Assembly (NCBI GenBank): GCA_964652155.1
Contig: CAZZBK010000010.1
Coordinates: 3,863 to 67,862 of the forward strand
Reading direction: 5' to 3'
DNA length: 64,000 nt
Source: an uncultured Planctomycetaceae bacterium
GTDB taxonomy: Bacteria; Planctomycetota; Planctomycetia; Pirellulales; PNKZ01
The position numbers were made by a program, and so were the translations under genes. This document shows, piece by piece, positions 1 through 9,719 of this stretch (the stretch's first letter is position 1; each line of letters starts with the position of its first letter). The notes under the pieces are model-generated. The model was not told where the DNA came from and made no database searches. It saw only the letters and a program-made list of their open reading frames with translations.

Positions 1-2
1 AG

Positions 3-578
3 GTGTATCTCGGCGTGCCGCATCGGCTCGATCGGGCTGTGTCGGGGGCGATGGTGTTCGCGCGGCATGTTCGCGCCTGCCGCAAGCTTTGCGATCAGTT
101 CGAACATCGCTCGGTGCGCAAAGTGTACTGGGCCGTGGTCAGCGGCCGTGTTGAGCCCAGCGAGGGGACTTGGATCGATTGGATGCGCAAGATTCCCGAG
201 CGGCCGCTCTCGGAGATTCTGCAAGCCGACGACCCGGGCGCTCAGCGTGCCGTGCTGCACTATCGCGTGCTGGGGTATGTGCCCCGGGGCACGTGGCTTG
301 AAATCGAGTTGGAGACCGGCCGAATGCATCAGATTCGGCTACAAGCCTCGTCGCGCGGCCATGCCGTGCTCGGCGATGAGCTGTACGGATCGAGCGAGCT
401 GTTCGGCCCAGCGTACAGCGACGGGCGACTGCGGGCGATTGCGCTGCACGGCCGGCATCTGGCCTTCAAGCATCCGATGACCGACGAGCGCGTGGCCGTC
501 GACGCGCCGCTCGGCGAGGCCTGGCAGGCGCTCGAGTTGCCGTTGAGCGACGAGACCTATCTGCCGTTGGCTGAATGA
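3..578 (+). CDS. RluA-family pseudouridine synthase, C-terminal part (5' end outside window)
   Basis: ORF open to the window edge. HRLDRAVSGAMVFAR (catalytic Asp motif of RluA/RluD family) and GRMHQIRLQ block. Confidence 0.8.
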   Translation: MYLGVPHRLDRAVSGAMVFARHVRACRKLCDQFEHRSVRKVYWAVVSGRVEPSEGTWIDWMRKIPERPLSEILQADDPGAQRAVLHYRVLGYVPRGTWLEIELETGRMHQIRLQASSRGHAVLGDELYGSSELFGPAYSDGRLRAIALHGRHLAFKHPMTDERVAVDAPLGEAWQALELPLSDETYLPLAE

Positions 579-652
579 CATCTGCACGCCTCTGCACCCG
601 GCGTCGGCCACCCTAGTCGAGCGGGTCGAGTGGCTGATATACTAACCATCTT

Positions 653-3600
653 ATGAATACCATCCATCCCATTCGCAAGTTATTGGTCGCGAATCGCAGT
701 GAGATTGCGATTCGTGTGTTTCGCAGCGCTCATGAGTGCGGTATCCGCACCGTGGCCATTTACTCACATGAAGATCGCTACGCGCTGCATCGCTTCAAAG
801 CCGACGAGGCCTACCAGGTCGGCAAGCCGGGCGAACCCATCCGCGCCTACCTCGACATCCCCGGGATCATCGAGGTCGCGACGCAACATGACGTCGACGC
901 GATTCACCCGGGCTACGGCTTTTTGAGCGAGAACCCCGAGTTGGCCCGGGCTTGTGAGCAGGCCGGCATTTTGTTCGTGGGTCCGCCGCCGTCGATTCTC
1001 GAAGCGCTGGGAGACAAGATCGCGGCGCGCGATATCGCCACGCAGGCCAAGGTGCCGGTCCTCTCGGGCAGCACCGAGCCGATCAGCAACCCGGACGAGG
1101 CCTGCTCGCTGGCCGCGAAACTTGGCTACCCGGTGATCCTCAAGGCGGCCAAGGGGGGTGGCGGGCGCGGCATGCGTGTCGTCCGCGACGCCAAGGAGTT
1201 GCCCGGCGCCCTTGAGGCCGCCCAGCGCGAGGCCCTCTCGGCCTTTGGCTGCGGCGACGTATTCATCGAAAAATTCATCGAACGACCGCGGCACATCGAG
1301 GTGCAGTTGTTCGGCGACAAGCACGGCAACCTGGTCCACCTGTACGAGCGCGACTGCTCGCTCCAGCGTCGCCATCAGAAGGTCGTCGAGATTGCCCCGG
1401 CTTGGAACCTCGACGGGAAAATCCGCGACGCGATTTGCGCCGCCGCCATCGCCATTGGCAAGCAGGTGAATTACGTCTGCGCCGGGACGGTCGAGTTCCT
1501 GCTCGATACCGACACCGACAAGTTCTACTTCATCGAGGTCAACCCGCGCATTCAGGTCGAGCACACCGTGACCGAAGCTGTCACCGGGGTCGACCTGGTG
1601 CGGAGCCAAATCCTCGTCACCCAAGGGTATCGGCTCGACGATTCCGAAATCGACCTCGGCGATCAGTCGAAGATCACCACGCGCGGCTACGCCGTGCAGT
1701 GCCGCGTGACGACCGAGGACCCCGAGAACAAGTTCCTGCCCGACTACGGTCGCATTGCCCACTATCGCTCGGCGGCGGGCATGGGCGTGCGGCTCGACGC
1801 GGGCACCGCGTTCAGCGGCGCGGTCGTGACACCGTACTACGATTCGCTGTTGGTCAAGGTGACCGCCTGGGGCCGCCGGTTTGTCGACGCCGCCAACCGC
1901 ATGGAGCGCGTGCTGCAAGAGTTCCGCGTCCGCGGCGTGAAGACCAACATCCCGTTCCTCGTGAACCTCATCACCCACCCTAAGTTTTTAGAGGGGGGCG
2001 TCACGACCCGGTTCATGGACGAGACGCCGGAGCTCTTTCGCTTCCGCGCGCGACGCGATCGGGCGACGAAATTGCTGCGCTACCTCGCCGACGTCGCGGT
2101 CAACGGCCATCCGCTCATTAAGAAGAAGCCCGCGGTCATCGTGCGCACCCCCGCGCCTCGCCCGCAGCTCGACGACGACGCGATCAAGCCCGGCACGAAA
2201 CAGTTGCTCACGCAATTGGGCCCGAAGAAATTTGCCCAATGGGTGCTCGACCAAAAGCGGCTGCTCATCACCGACACCACGTTCCGCGACGCGCATCAGT
2301 CGCTCCTGGCCACTCGGCTGCGCACGCACGACATGCTGCAAATCGCCGAGACGTATGCCAAGCAGCACAGTCATTTGTTCTCGCTCGAAATGTGGGGCGG
2401 GGCCACATTCGACACGACGATGCGGTTCCTCAAGGAGTGTCCGTGGCAGCGGTTGGCCGACATCCGCGAGAAAATCCCCAACATCCTCACCCAGATGTTG
2501 TTCCGCGCCAGCAACGCGCTCGGCTACGCGAACTACCCAGACAACGTCGTGCGCGAATTTGTCCGCGAGAGCGTCGAAGCCGGCATGGATATCTTCCGCA
2601 TCTTCGACAGTCTGAACTGGATGCCGAACATGCGCGTGGCCATGGAGGCCGTGCTTGAGACCAACGCGCTCTGCGAGGCGGCCATCTGCTACACCGGCGA
2701 CGTGCTCAACCCCCAGCGCACGAAGTACAACCTCAAGTACTACGTCGACATGGCCAAGCAATTGGAAAAGATGGGTGCGCATATCCTGGCAATCAAGGAC
2801 ATGGCCGGGCTGTGCAAACCCTACGCGGCTGAGTTGCTCATCAAGACCCTTAAACAAGAAGTCGGCATTCCGATCCACTTTCACACGCACGACACGGCGG
2901 GCATTCAGGCCGCGTCGATCCTCAAGGGGGCCGAGGTCGACCTCGACATCGCCGACGCCGCGATGGGCCCGCTGAGCGGGCTTACCTCGCAACCCAACCT
3001 GGGCTCGATTGTCGAGTCGCTCCGCTTTACGCCGCGCGACACGCAGCTCGAACCGGAAAAAATTCAGCTTCTCGATGAATACTGGGACGTGGTTCGCAAG
3101 TACTACGCCCCCTTCGAGGCCGGCATGCTCGCCAGCACGGCCGACGTGTACCACAACGAGATGCCCGGCGGCCAGTACACCAATCTGTACGAGCAAGCCC
3201 AGGCGGTCGGGCTCGCCCATCGCTGGCACGACATTCGCCTCCGCTATGCCGAGGTGAACGAGCTCTGCGGCGATATCGTCAAGGTGACGCCGTCGTCCAA
3301 AGCGGTCGGCGACCTCGCGATCTTCATGGTGGCCAACAACCTCGGCAAAGACGACGTGCTCAACCCGCAGCGCGAACTGGCCTTCCCCGAGTCGTTCGTC
3401 GACCTCATCTCGGGGCGCATGGGACAGCCTCCCGGCGGATTCCCGAGCCAGCTCATCGAGCGCGTCATGCGTGGCCAGGCGGTGGTCGAGGGTCGCCCGG
3501 GCGATGGTCTCGCGCCGGCCGACTTCGAGGCCACCTCAACCAAGTTGGAGAAGACTCTCGGGCGCAAGCCGCAACGCCGCGACGTGCTCTCGTACCTGAT

Positions 3601-4105
3601 GTTCCCGCGCGTGTTCAACGAGTTGGTGGCGCATCAAGATCGTTTTGGCGATTCGAGCATGCTCCCCACGCCGCTGTTTTTCTATGGGCCCGAACCCGGT
3701 GACGAGGCGGCGGTTGAAATCGAGCGGGGCAAGACGCTCATCGTCAAGTTCCTATCGATCAGCGATGTGCAGGACGACGGGCATCGCAAGGTGTCGTTCG
3801 AACTCAACGGCCAGCCGCGCGACGTGTCGATCCGCGATCAGTCGATTGAAGCGGTCGCGTCAGCGCGCAAGAAAGCCGACGCGGCGAACCCATTGCACGT
3901 CGGGGCACCGATGCCCGGCATGGTCGTGACCGTGGCGGTGCACGAAGGGGACGAAGTGAAACAAGGGCAGAAGCTGCTCAGCATGGAAGCGATGAAAATG
4001 GAGACGACGTTGTACGCCGAGCGCAGCGGCAAAATCGCCGAAGTGTTCGCGGCCCCTGGCACCCGCGTCGAGACCGGCGACCTCGTCGTCCGCTGGGAAG
4101 GCTAA
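653..4105 (+). CDS. pyc: pyruvate carboxylase (single chain: biotin carboxylase + carboxyltransferase + biotinyl domain)
   Basis: 1150 aa. ATP-grasp glycine loop KAAKGGGGRGMRVV, carboxyltransferase block TFRDAHQSLLATR, C-terminal biotin attachment motif EAMKMET. Confidence 0.95.
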   Translation: MNTIHPIRKLLVANRSEIAIRVFRSAHECGIRTVAIYSHEDRYALHRFKADEAYQVGKPGEPIRAYLDIPGIIEVATQHDVDAIHPGYGFLSENPELARACEQAGILFVGPPPSILEALGDKIAARDIATQAKVPVLSGSTEPISNPDEACSLAAKLGYPVILKAAKGGGGRGMRVVRDAKELPGALEAAQREALSAFGCGDVFIEKFIERPRHIEVQLFGDKHGNLVHLYERDCSLQRRHQKVVEIAPAWNLDGKIRDAICAAAIAIGKQVNYVCAGTVEFLLDTDTDKFYFIEVNPRIQVEHTVTEAVTGVDLVRSQILVTQGYRLDDSEIDLGDQSKITTRGYAVQCRVTTEDPENKFLPDYGRIAHYRSAAGMGVRLDAGTAFSGAVVTPYYDSLLVKVTAWGRRFVDAANRMERVLQEFRVRGVKTNIPFLVNLITHPKFLEGGVTTRFMDETPELFRFRARRDRATKLLRYLADVAVNGHPLIKKKPAVIVRTPAPRPQLDDDAIKPGTKQLLTQLGPKKFAQWVLDQKRLLITDTTFRDAHQSLLATRLRTHDMLQIAETYAKQHSHLFSLEMWGGATFDTTMRFLKECPWQRLADIREKIPNILTQMLFRASNALGYANYPDNVVREFVRESVEAGMDIFRIFDSLNWMPNMRVAMEAVLETNALCEAAICYTGDVLNPQRTKYNLKYYVDMAKQLEKMGAHILAIKDMAGLCKPYAAELLIKTLKQEVGIPIHFHTHDTAGIQAASILKGAEVDLDIADAAMGPLSGLTSQPNLGSIVESLRFTPRDTQLEPEKIQLLDEYWDVVRKYYAPFEAGMLASTADVYHNEMPGGQYTNLYEQAQAVGLAHRWHDIRLRYAEVNELCGDIVKVTPSSKAVGDLAIFMVANNLGKDDVLNPQRELAFPESFVDLISGRMGQPPGGFPSQLIERVMRGQAVVEGRPGDGLAPADFEATSTKLEKTLGRKPQRRDVLSYLMFPRVFNELVAHQDRFGDSSMLPTPLFFYGPEPGDEAAVEIERGKTLIVKFLSISDVQDDGHRKVSFELNGQPRDVSIRDQSIEAVASARKKADAANPLHVGAPMPGMVVTVAVHEGDEVKQGQKLLSMEAMKMETTLYAERSGKIAEVFAAPGTRVETGDLVVRWEG

Positions 4106-4120
4106 CGATCCTAAGATAAT

Positions 4121-4207
4121 GAACTTAACAGGCCGAGCAACGCGAGGCCGGTATTTACGGACTCCCGCTGGTCGTCCTGTTAACTTAATTACTTGAACCT
4201 CAATAAC
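4121..4207 (+). repeat. imperfect-palindrome intergenic element, copy 1
   Basis: gaacttaacaggccgagcaacgcgaggccggtatttacggactcccgctggtcgtcctgttaacttaattacttgaacctcaataa. Near-identical to the reverse complement of 24063-24149. Confidence 0.85.
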
Positions 4208-4239
4208 CCCCTGGGCCGAGCGCGTTTCGAGTCGGGCCG

Positions 4240-5658
4240 CTAGGCCAAGTCGTGAACAACGACCGTTTTCACCTCGGTCATTTCGTGGATGACGTACTTT
4301 GGCCCCTCTTTGCCAAAGCCGCTCTCCTTGAGCCCGCCGTAGGGCATGAGGTCGGCCCGCCAGGCGGTCCCCCAGTTGATGTGGATGTTGCCGGACTCGA
4401 CCTCGCGCGCGAATTTCAGCGCCGTGTTGAGTGACTGCGTAAAGATGGCCGCGCTCAGGCCGTAACGAGTATCGTTGGCGATGGCGATCGCTTGCTCGAC
4501 GCTCGCGCAGCGCGTGATAGCCACGGCGGGGCCAAAAAGTTCGTCGCAACTAATTCGCATTCGCGGGTCGACGTCGGCCAGCAGCGTGGGCTCGAACAGA
4601 GCCCCCTGCCGCCCGCCACCGGTCAACAGGCGAGCGCCCCCTTTGACCGCCTCGTCGACCCACTCGCCGACGCGAATCGCGTCCGCCTCGCGGACCATCG
4701 GACCCATGTTCGTCAGCGGGTCGAGCTGGTTGCCGCAGCGGATCTGCGCCACGCGGGGCGTCACGGCGTCGATCACGTTCTGGTAGGCGTCGCCGACGGC
4801 AAGCAACCGCTGACACGAGATGCAGACCTGACCTGCGTTGCCGAAGCCGGTGGCCGCCGTCGCCTCGGCGACCTTGTTCATGTCGGCATCGGGCATCACG
4901 ATCAATGGACTATTGGAGCCCAACTCCATCGTCACCCGTTTAAGTCCGGCCACCTGACAGAGCCGTTCGCCGACATCGCGACTGCCGGTGAAACTGATCT
5001 TGCGGACGCGAGGGTCGCGGACGATCGCTTCGCCGACGACGCTCCCCGAGCCCGTCAGACAGGCGATCCCCAGCGGAGGCAAGCCCGCGTCGAGCAACAG
5101 CTTGACGAGGTGCAAGGCCGAGAGGGGCGTGTCGCTCGCCGGCTTAACGATCACGGCGTTTCCGGCGGCCAGGGCGGGGCCGACCTTGTGGACCACCAGA
5201 TTCAACGGGAAGTTAAATGGGGTGATCGCCGCAACGATCCCGCACGGAACGCGGAGCGTGAACCCGAATTTACCTTTGCCAGCCGACGAACCGTCGAGCG
5301 GCAACGTTTCGCCGCTCAGTCGCTTGGCCTCCTCGGCCGAGAGTTCCATCGTCTCCTTGGCGCGGAGCACTTCGATGCGGCTCTCGAAGAGCGTTTTGCC
5401 CTCTTCCAGGCTGATGGTCCGGGCGAGCGAGTCGAGGCGTTCCCCCATCAACAGCGCGGCCCGCGAGAGGATCTGATAGCGCTCGTAGCCCGACGTGCGG
5501 CGCATGACCGCGGCCCCCTCGACGAGCCCCGCAAGGGCGTCGTCCACGTCGGCCTCGCTGGCCTTGGGCACGGTGTCGATCTCGGTGTGGTCGTAAGGAT
5601 TGCGCACCGAGATGGTCTCCGACCGAGAGTGCCACTGGCCGCGAAAGTAGAGTTGCAT
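4240..5658 (-). CDS. NAD(P)+-dependent aldehyde dehydrogenase family protein
   Basis: 472 aa. ALDH signatures MELGSNSP (catalytic Glu region) and NAGQVCISCQRL (catalytic Cys). AAGGA about 8 nt upstream of the ATG. Confidence 0.85.
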   Translation of the reverse strand: MQLYFRGQWHSRSETISVRNPYDHTEIDTVPKASEADVDDALAGLVEGAAVMRRTSGYERYQILSRAALLMGERLDSLARTISLEEGKTLFESRIEVLRAKETMELSAEEAKRLSGETLPLDGSSAGKGKFGFTLRVPCGIVAAITPFNFPLNLVVHKVGPALAAGNAVIVKPASDTPLSALHLVKLLLDAGLPPLGIACLTGSGSVVGEAIVRDPRVRKISFTGSRDVGERLCQVAGLKRVTMELGSNSPLIVMPDADMNKVAEATAATGFGNAGQVCISCQRLLAVGDAYQNVIDAVTPRVAQIRCGNQLDPLTNMGPMVREADAIRVGEWVDEAVKGGARLLTGGGRQGALFEPTLLADVDPRMRISCDELFGPAVAITRCASVEQAIAIANDTRYGLSAAIFTQSLNTALKFAREVESGNIHINWGTAWRADLMPYGGLKESGFGKEGPKYVIHEMTEVKTVVVHDLA

Positions 5659-5701
5659 CGCTAAATCCTTCGACGACCGTGTCGCCGGCTGGGGGAGGTT
5701 A

Positions 5702-6946
5702 TTATGCGGGACGGCTTAGTTTCGCCCAGTCGATGGGCTGATGACGATCAATTCGAGGCAAGTCGACACGCATCGCCTCGGGATATTTCTGCACCGCGCC
5801 AGTGTTGAAGATCACGACCCGTTCGCGCGGCTTGATCCACCCCTCGGCGGCGAGTTGCTCGAGGGCGCCGACACACGCGGCCGCCTCGGGACACACGGCG
5901 ATCCCCTCGCTCGACATGGCCAGGGCCATCCAGTGGCGAATGCGTTGCTCGTCGACCGCGATCGCGCGGCCACCGGTGGCTCGAATCGCGTCGAGGATCA
6001 TAAAGTCGCCGACCGCGGCCGGGACCCGAATGCCGCTGGCGATGGTCGCCACGTTGGTGACCGGCTCGGCGAAACGCTCGTTCTTGTTGAAGGCGTTCAC
6101 GATCGGGGCGCAACCCGTGCTCTGCACCGCGACCATCCGCGGTCGTTTGAGCGGCGCGATCCAGCCGAGTTGTTCAAGCTCATCGAACGCTTTGCACATG
6201 CCGACCAAGCCGGTGCCGCCGCCGGTGGGGTACAGGATCACGTCGGGCAATTGCCAATCGAACTGCTCGGCCAGTTCGAGCCCCATTGTCTTCTTCCCCT
6301 CGATGCGGTAGGGCTCTTTGAGCGTCGAGATGTCGAACCAGTCGAGGTGCGGTTTTCCTTCGCGGACAATCCGGCCGCAGTCGGTGATCAGCCCGTTGAC
6401 CAAGAAGGTGTGCGCGCCATAGAGCTGGCACTCATATTGATTGATCGCGGGGGTGTCGTCGGGCATGAACACAAAGGCCTCGATGCCCGCTCGAGCGGCG
6501 TAGGCCGCCATCGCGCCGCCAGCATTTCCTGCCGTGGGAATGGCCACGCGGCGAATGCCGAACTGGCGACACATGCTGATCGCGAGTGCCTGTCCCCGGC
6601 TCTTAAAGCTGCCGGTCGGCAATTGCGACTCGTCTTTGATCCAGACGTCGTCCAGGCCGAATCGAGCGCCGAGCTTGGGTGCCGGCAACAGGGGCGTGAG
6701 CCCCTCGCCGAGCGTGACGATATTCGCATCGTCGGCCACGCTCAGCAATTCACGATACCGCCACAGTGTCTTCGGCCGCGTGGCCAGCACCGCCTTGGTG
6801 AGCACCCGGCCGATGGCTGAGAGGTCGTACCGGACCCACAGCGGGCGGTCGCGGTGGAGCGTCTGCGGTCGATCGGCGGGTAAATGCGTCCCATCGAGGG
6901 CGCTTTCCAGGTGGGTGACAAAGCTTGGCATGGCGGATGGGCTCAC
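5702..6946 (-). CDS. thrC: threonine synthase (ThrC-family PLP enzyme)
   Basis: 414 aa. LWRYRELL...LGEGLTPLL N-terminal block and PLP-lysine motif LPTGSFKSRG, typical of ThrC-type fold-II PLP enzymes. Confidence 0.75.
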   Translation of the reverse strand: MSPSAMPSFVTHLESALDGTHLPADRPQTLHRDRPLWVRYDLSAIGRVLTKAVLATRPKTLWRYRELLSVADDANIVTLGEGLTPLLPAPKLGARFGLDDVWIKDESQLPTGSFKSRGQALAISMCRQFGIRRVAIPTAGNAGGAMAAYAARAGIEAFVFMPDDTPAINQYECQLYGAHTFLVNGLITDCGRIVREGKPHLDWFDISTLKEPYRIEGKKTMGLELAEQFDWQLPDVILYPTGGGTGLVGMCKAFDELEQLGWIAPLKRPRMVAVQSTGCAPIVNAFNKNERFAEPVTNVATIASGIRVPAAVGDFMILDAIRATGGRAIAVDEQRIRHWMALAMSSEGIAVCPEAAACVGALEQLAAEGWIKPRERVVIFNTGAVQKYPEAMRVDLPRIDRHQPIDWAKLSRPA

Positions 6947-7104
6947 GATGCGGGTACAATGCCGGGGCGGCGCATTTTATCCGGCTCTCGCGTCACGAGC
7001 CACCCACCAGAGCTCGAAACGTCAGCCGATGTCTACGAACTCCAGGACCGGCCGTTGCGTATAAGATGCCGACTTCGAGTCGAGTCGGGACCCCGCGCCG
7101 TTCG

Positions 7105-7968
7105 ATGAAGAATAACGTTGCCCCAGCTAGCAAAGCCGATCGAGGGTCTATGTGTGAGCCGTCGCTAATCTCTCGCCGAGCTTGGCTCCGTCAGGTCAGT
7201 CTGACGGCGGGGCTCGCCACCACCACCCAACTCGGCCTGGCGGCCGAACCGTCCGGCGAGCATATCCTGCCCGAACAACGTGAGTCTCTCTCGCGGTTTA
7301 TCCGCCGCGTGCTGATCGACTCGCTGCCGCCGACCATCGAGGGGAAAGACGATTGGGGAGACCAGAAGGAGATGTTCGCCGGCGTGGGGCTCAAGGCTGA
7401 TCCAGGGCCACTCAAGCTGGAAAAAAAGACCAAGAACGTCAATCATGGGCTGTGGAAACGGTACGAGATTCAACTCGTCGATCCCGAGCGGCAATTGCGC
7501 TTTCAGATCGCTGACGCCCACACCATCGGCCCCCGACACATCGCGTTCGTGATCGAGGCCATGTCGCCGCTGAAAGTTCATGTGCAGCTCGAACGCTGGC
7601 GATTGGGTGTCAAGCTGCTCAACGGGACCGGCGACGCCGACGCGACGGTCAAGGCACGCATCGCCGGCGAGGTGCGTTACCGCTTCGACAGTGCCTCGTC
7701 GCAAACGCAGCTTGTGCTCGATCCGAACGTTCAGAACGCAACCCTCGACTTGGTTGAGTTCGACCTGCGCAAGGTCTGGCAGCTCGAAGGCCCGCTCGTG
7801 CAAGAGGTGGGCGATCTGCTCACGCCACCCCTAAGCAAGCTCATTCATAAGCAGGAAGAGTCGATCGTGGCCAAGATGAACAAAGAGCTCGCCAAGCACC
7901 CGGAGAAATTGCAGCTCGCGCTCCCACGGCCCTTCGGCCTCGACTGGAAGAGATGGCTCACAGGCTAA
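7105..7968 (+). CDS. hypothetical exported protein
   Basis: Long ORF with GC-rich codon usage. SRRAWLRQVSLTAGLATT looks like a Tat/Sec-type signal. Start uncertain (ATG 7066, 7105 or 7150). The track start 6925 would overlap thrC and is unlikely. Confidence 0.5.
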   Translation: MKNNVAPASKADRGSMCEPSLISRRAWLRQVSLTAGLATTTQLGLAAEPSGEHILPEQRESLSRFIRRVLIDSLPPTIEGKDDWGDQKEMFAGVGLKADPGPLKLEKKTKNVNHGLWKRYEIQLVDPERQLRFQIADAHTIGPRHIAFVIEAMSPLKVHVQLERWRLGVKLLNGTGDADATVKARIAGEVRYRFDSASSQTQLVLDPNVQNATLDLVEFDLRKVWQLEGPLVQEVGDLLTPPLSKLIHKQEESIVAKMNKELAKHPEKLQLALPRPFGLDWKRWLTG

Positions 7969-8167
7969 GCCCGAGGGCGCATGGGTGGCCTAGACAACTT
8001 GTTGTCTGGGTGGCGAAGCCACAAGAGGGCAATGAAGCGTCCGCGAGCTGCGCCTCGGATCGCTACGCGTCCCTGGCAGCACGTTGTCGGGGCGACCCTC
8101 GTGAACGCTGCAAAGCTATGTTGATTGCGGCTTGCATGCTGCCGGGGCAGGTCCTACGATCAACCGC

Positions 8168-9118
8168 ATGACGATCATGGACCAACACGACTGGCGCTCG
8201 GCGGGTTTGCGCTACCACGCCTACCAACACTTTCTCAAGCAGCGGTTCGGCTCGAAGATTAAAAAGGTGAGCGTCGACGCGGGCTTCACCTGTCCGAATG
8301 TCGACGGCACGGTGGCGATCGGCGGCTGTTCGTTCTGCGACAATCGCAGCTTCAGCCCGAGCCGTCGACTGCCGCGGACCAACATTCGCGAACAGATCGA
8401 CGAGGGGATTCGTCGCATCCAGCGGCGATTCGATGTCGAGCGGTTTCTGGCCTACTTTCAACCGGCGACCAACACCTACGCGCCCCTCGATCGGCTCAAG
8501 ACCGTGTACGATCAGGCACTCGAGCACCCGCAGGTCGTGGGGCTGGCGATCGGCACGCGCGGCGACTGTGTGGCCGACGACGTGCTCGACCTGCTCCAAG
8601 GCTACGCCGAGCGGACCTACTTGTCGGTCGAGTATGGCGTGCAAACGATCCACGACCGCTCGCTGGATTGGATGAACCGCGGACATCACAACGATGCCTC
8701 GATCGATGCCCTCGAACGGAGCCGGGGGCGCGGATTTGAAATCTGCGTGCATCTCATCCTCGGGCTGCCCGGCGAGTCGCGCGACGACATGCTTGCTTCG
8801 GTGCGTGCGATGGCCGCGCTGGATGTCGACGCGGTGAAGCTGCATAATCTGTACGCGGTCCATAAGACGCCGCTGGCTGACCAGGTGCTCTCGGGCGAGG
8901 TGCGGTTGATGGAGCGCGACGAGTACGTGAGCGTGTTGGTCGACGCCCTGGAACTGCTCAATCCGCGGTGCGTCGTCGAGCGGGTACATGGCGAGGCGCC
9001 GCCGAACTACTTGGTGGGGCCGGCTTGGTGTCTCGACAAGCCTGGCTTGCGGCAAGCGATCGACGCCGAGTTTGCGCGTCGCGATACCTCTCAGGGACGG
9101 TTGTGGAAGCCGGCTTAA
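8168..9118 (+). CDS. TIGR01212-family radical SAM protein (YhcC-like)
   Basis: CPNVDGTVAIGGCSFCDN cluster motif and overall length typical of this radical SAM subfamily. Start taken at MTIMDQ (8168). Confidence 0.8.
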   Translation: MTIMDQHDWRSAGLRYHAYQHFLKQRFGSKIKKVSVDAGFTCPNVDGTVAIGGCSFCDNRSFSPSRRLPRTNIREQIDEGIRRIQRRFDVERFLAYFQPATNTYAPLDRLKTVYDQALEHPQVVGLAIGTRGDCVADDVLDLLQGYAERTYLSVEYGVQTIHDRSLDWMNRGHHNDASIDALERSRGRGFEICVHLILGLPGESRDDMLASVRAMAALDVDAVKLHNLYAVHKTPLADQVLSGEVRLMERDEYVSVLVDALELLNPRCVVERVHGEAPPNYLVGPAWCLDKPGLRQAIDAEFARRDTSQGRLWKPA

Positions 9119-9209
9119 TTCACGCCGAGCGTTTTTTACTGGCATCGGACAGCGCGACTGAATAAGCTCGAAACGTTGGGGCAACGCTCGTTCGTCCACG
9201 TGTTTCGAT

Positions 9210-9527
9210 ATGGTTCATCCCATCGCGCCGCTGCTCGCTAGTCCACTGCTAGGCGCAGCTCTGTACAGAATTGCCCATGCGCCACTCGGACGACTGGCGG
9301 TGGGCTATCGGATCGTGCCCCGCTGGCTGTATAAGGCCCACTCGCACAGTGGCCCCCGCTCGCTGGGCGCATCATGGTATGTCGATCGACTCATCGCCGG
9401 CGGCATCGTCGGCGAGCAATTGCCGATCACGATCGTCCGCGAGCTCGCCCCCAAGCCGCTGATCATTCAGGCCATCGAAGCCGATCAGCGGCAGGTGTTG
9501 GGGGTCAACCTCGACGTCTGGGGTTAA
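9210..9527 (+). CDS. hypothetical small protein (weak call)
   Basis: Only an open frame of 105 codons in an otherwise empty 600-bp gap. No recognisable motif. Confidence 0.2.
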   Translation: MVHPIAPLLASPLLGAALYRIAHAPLGRLAVGYRIVPRWLYKAHSHSGPRSLGASWYVDRLIAGGIVGEQLPITIVRELAPKPLIIQAIEADQRQVLGVNLDVWG

Positions 9528-9719
9528 TCAGCTGAGTTGCATCGACTTAACACGATCGACCGGGGACGGCATATTTCCCGTAATATCGCCGCGCGCACCT
9601 CTCGAAGCGGCTTGTGCGAGAGGATAAATTAGAACGGTTCCGTCCGCGAGTCATCGAGCGCATCGCACGACTCGTGGACAGTTGATCCTTTATTTCATCG
9701 CCCCCACCCTTCGTGGCTC

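Noticed and set aside
764-3229. Long minus-strand ORFs (764-1978, 404 aa; 1988-3229, 413 aa) antisense to pyruvate carboxylase
   Set aside because: Their translations are Arg/Ala/Gly/His-rich and low in information, with no motifs. They mirror a strongly supported gene, which makes them typical stop-codon-poor shadow frames of high-GC DNA.
6925-7104. N-terminal extension of the hypothetical protein ORF, overlapping the thrC start
   Set aside because: The extension is Arg/Pro-rich and overlaps the divergent thrC start region. A signal-like sequence begins only after the downstream ATGs.
7992-8007. Dyad agacaac-tt-gttgtct upstream of the radical SAM gene, considered as an operator or terminator
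   Set aside because: A 7-bp arm with a 2-nt spacer is too short to distinguish from chance, cannot form a stable hairpin, and has no second copy that I could see.
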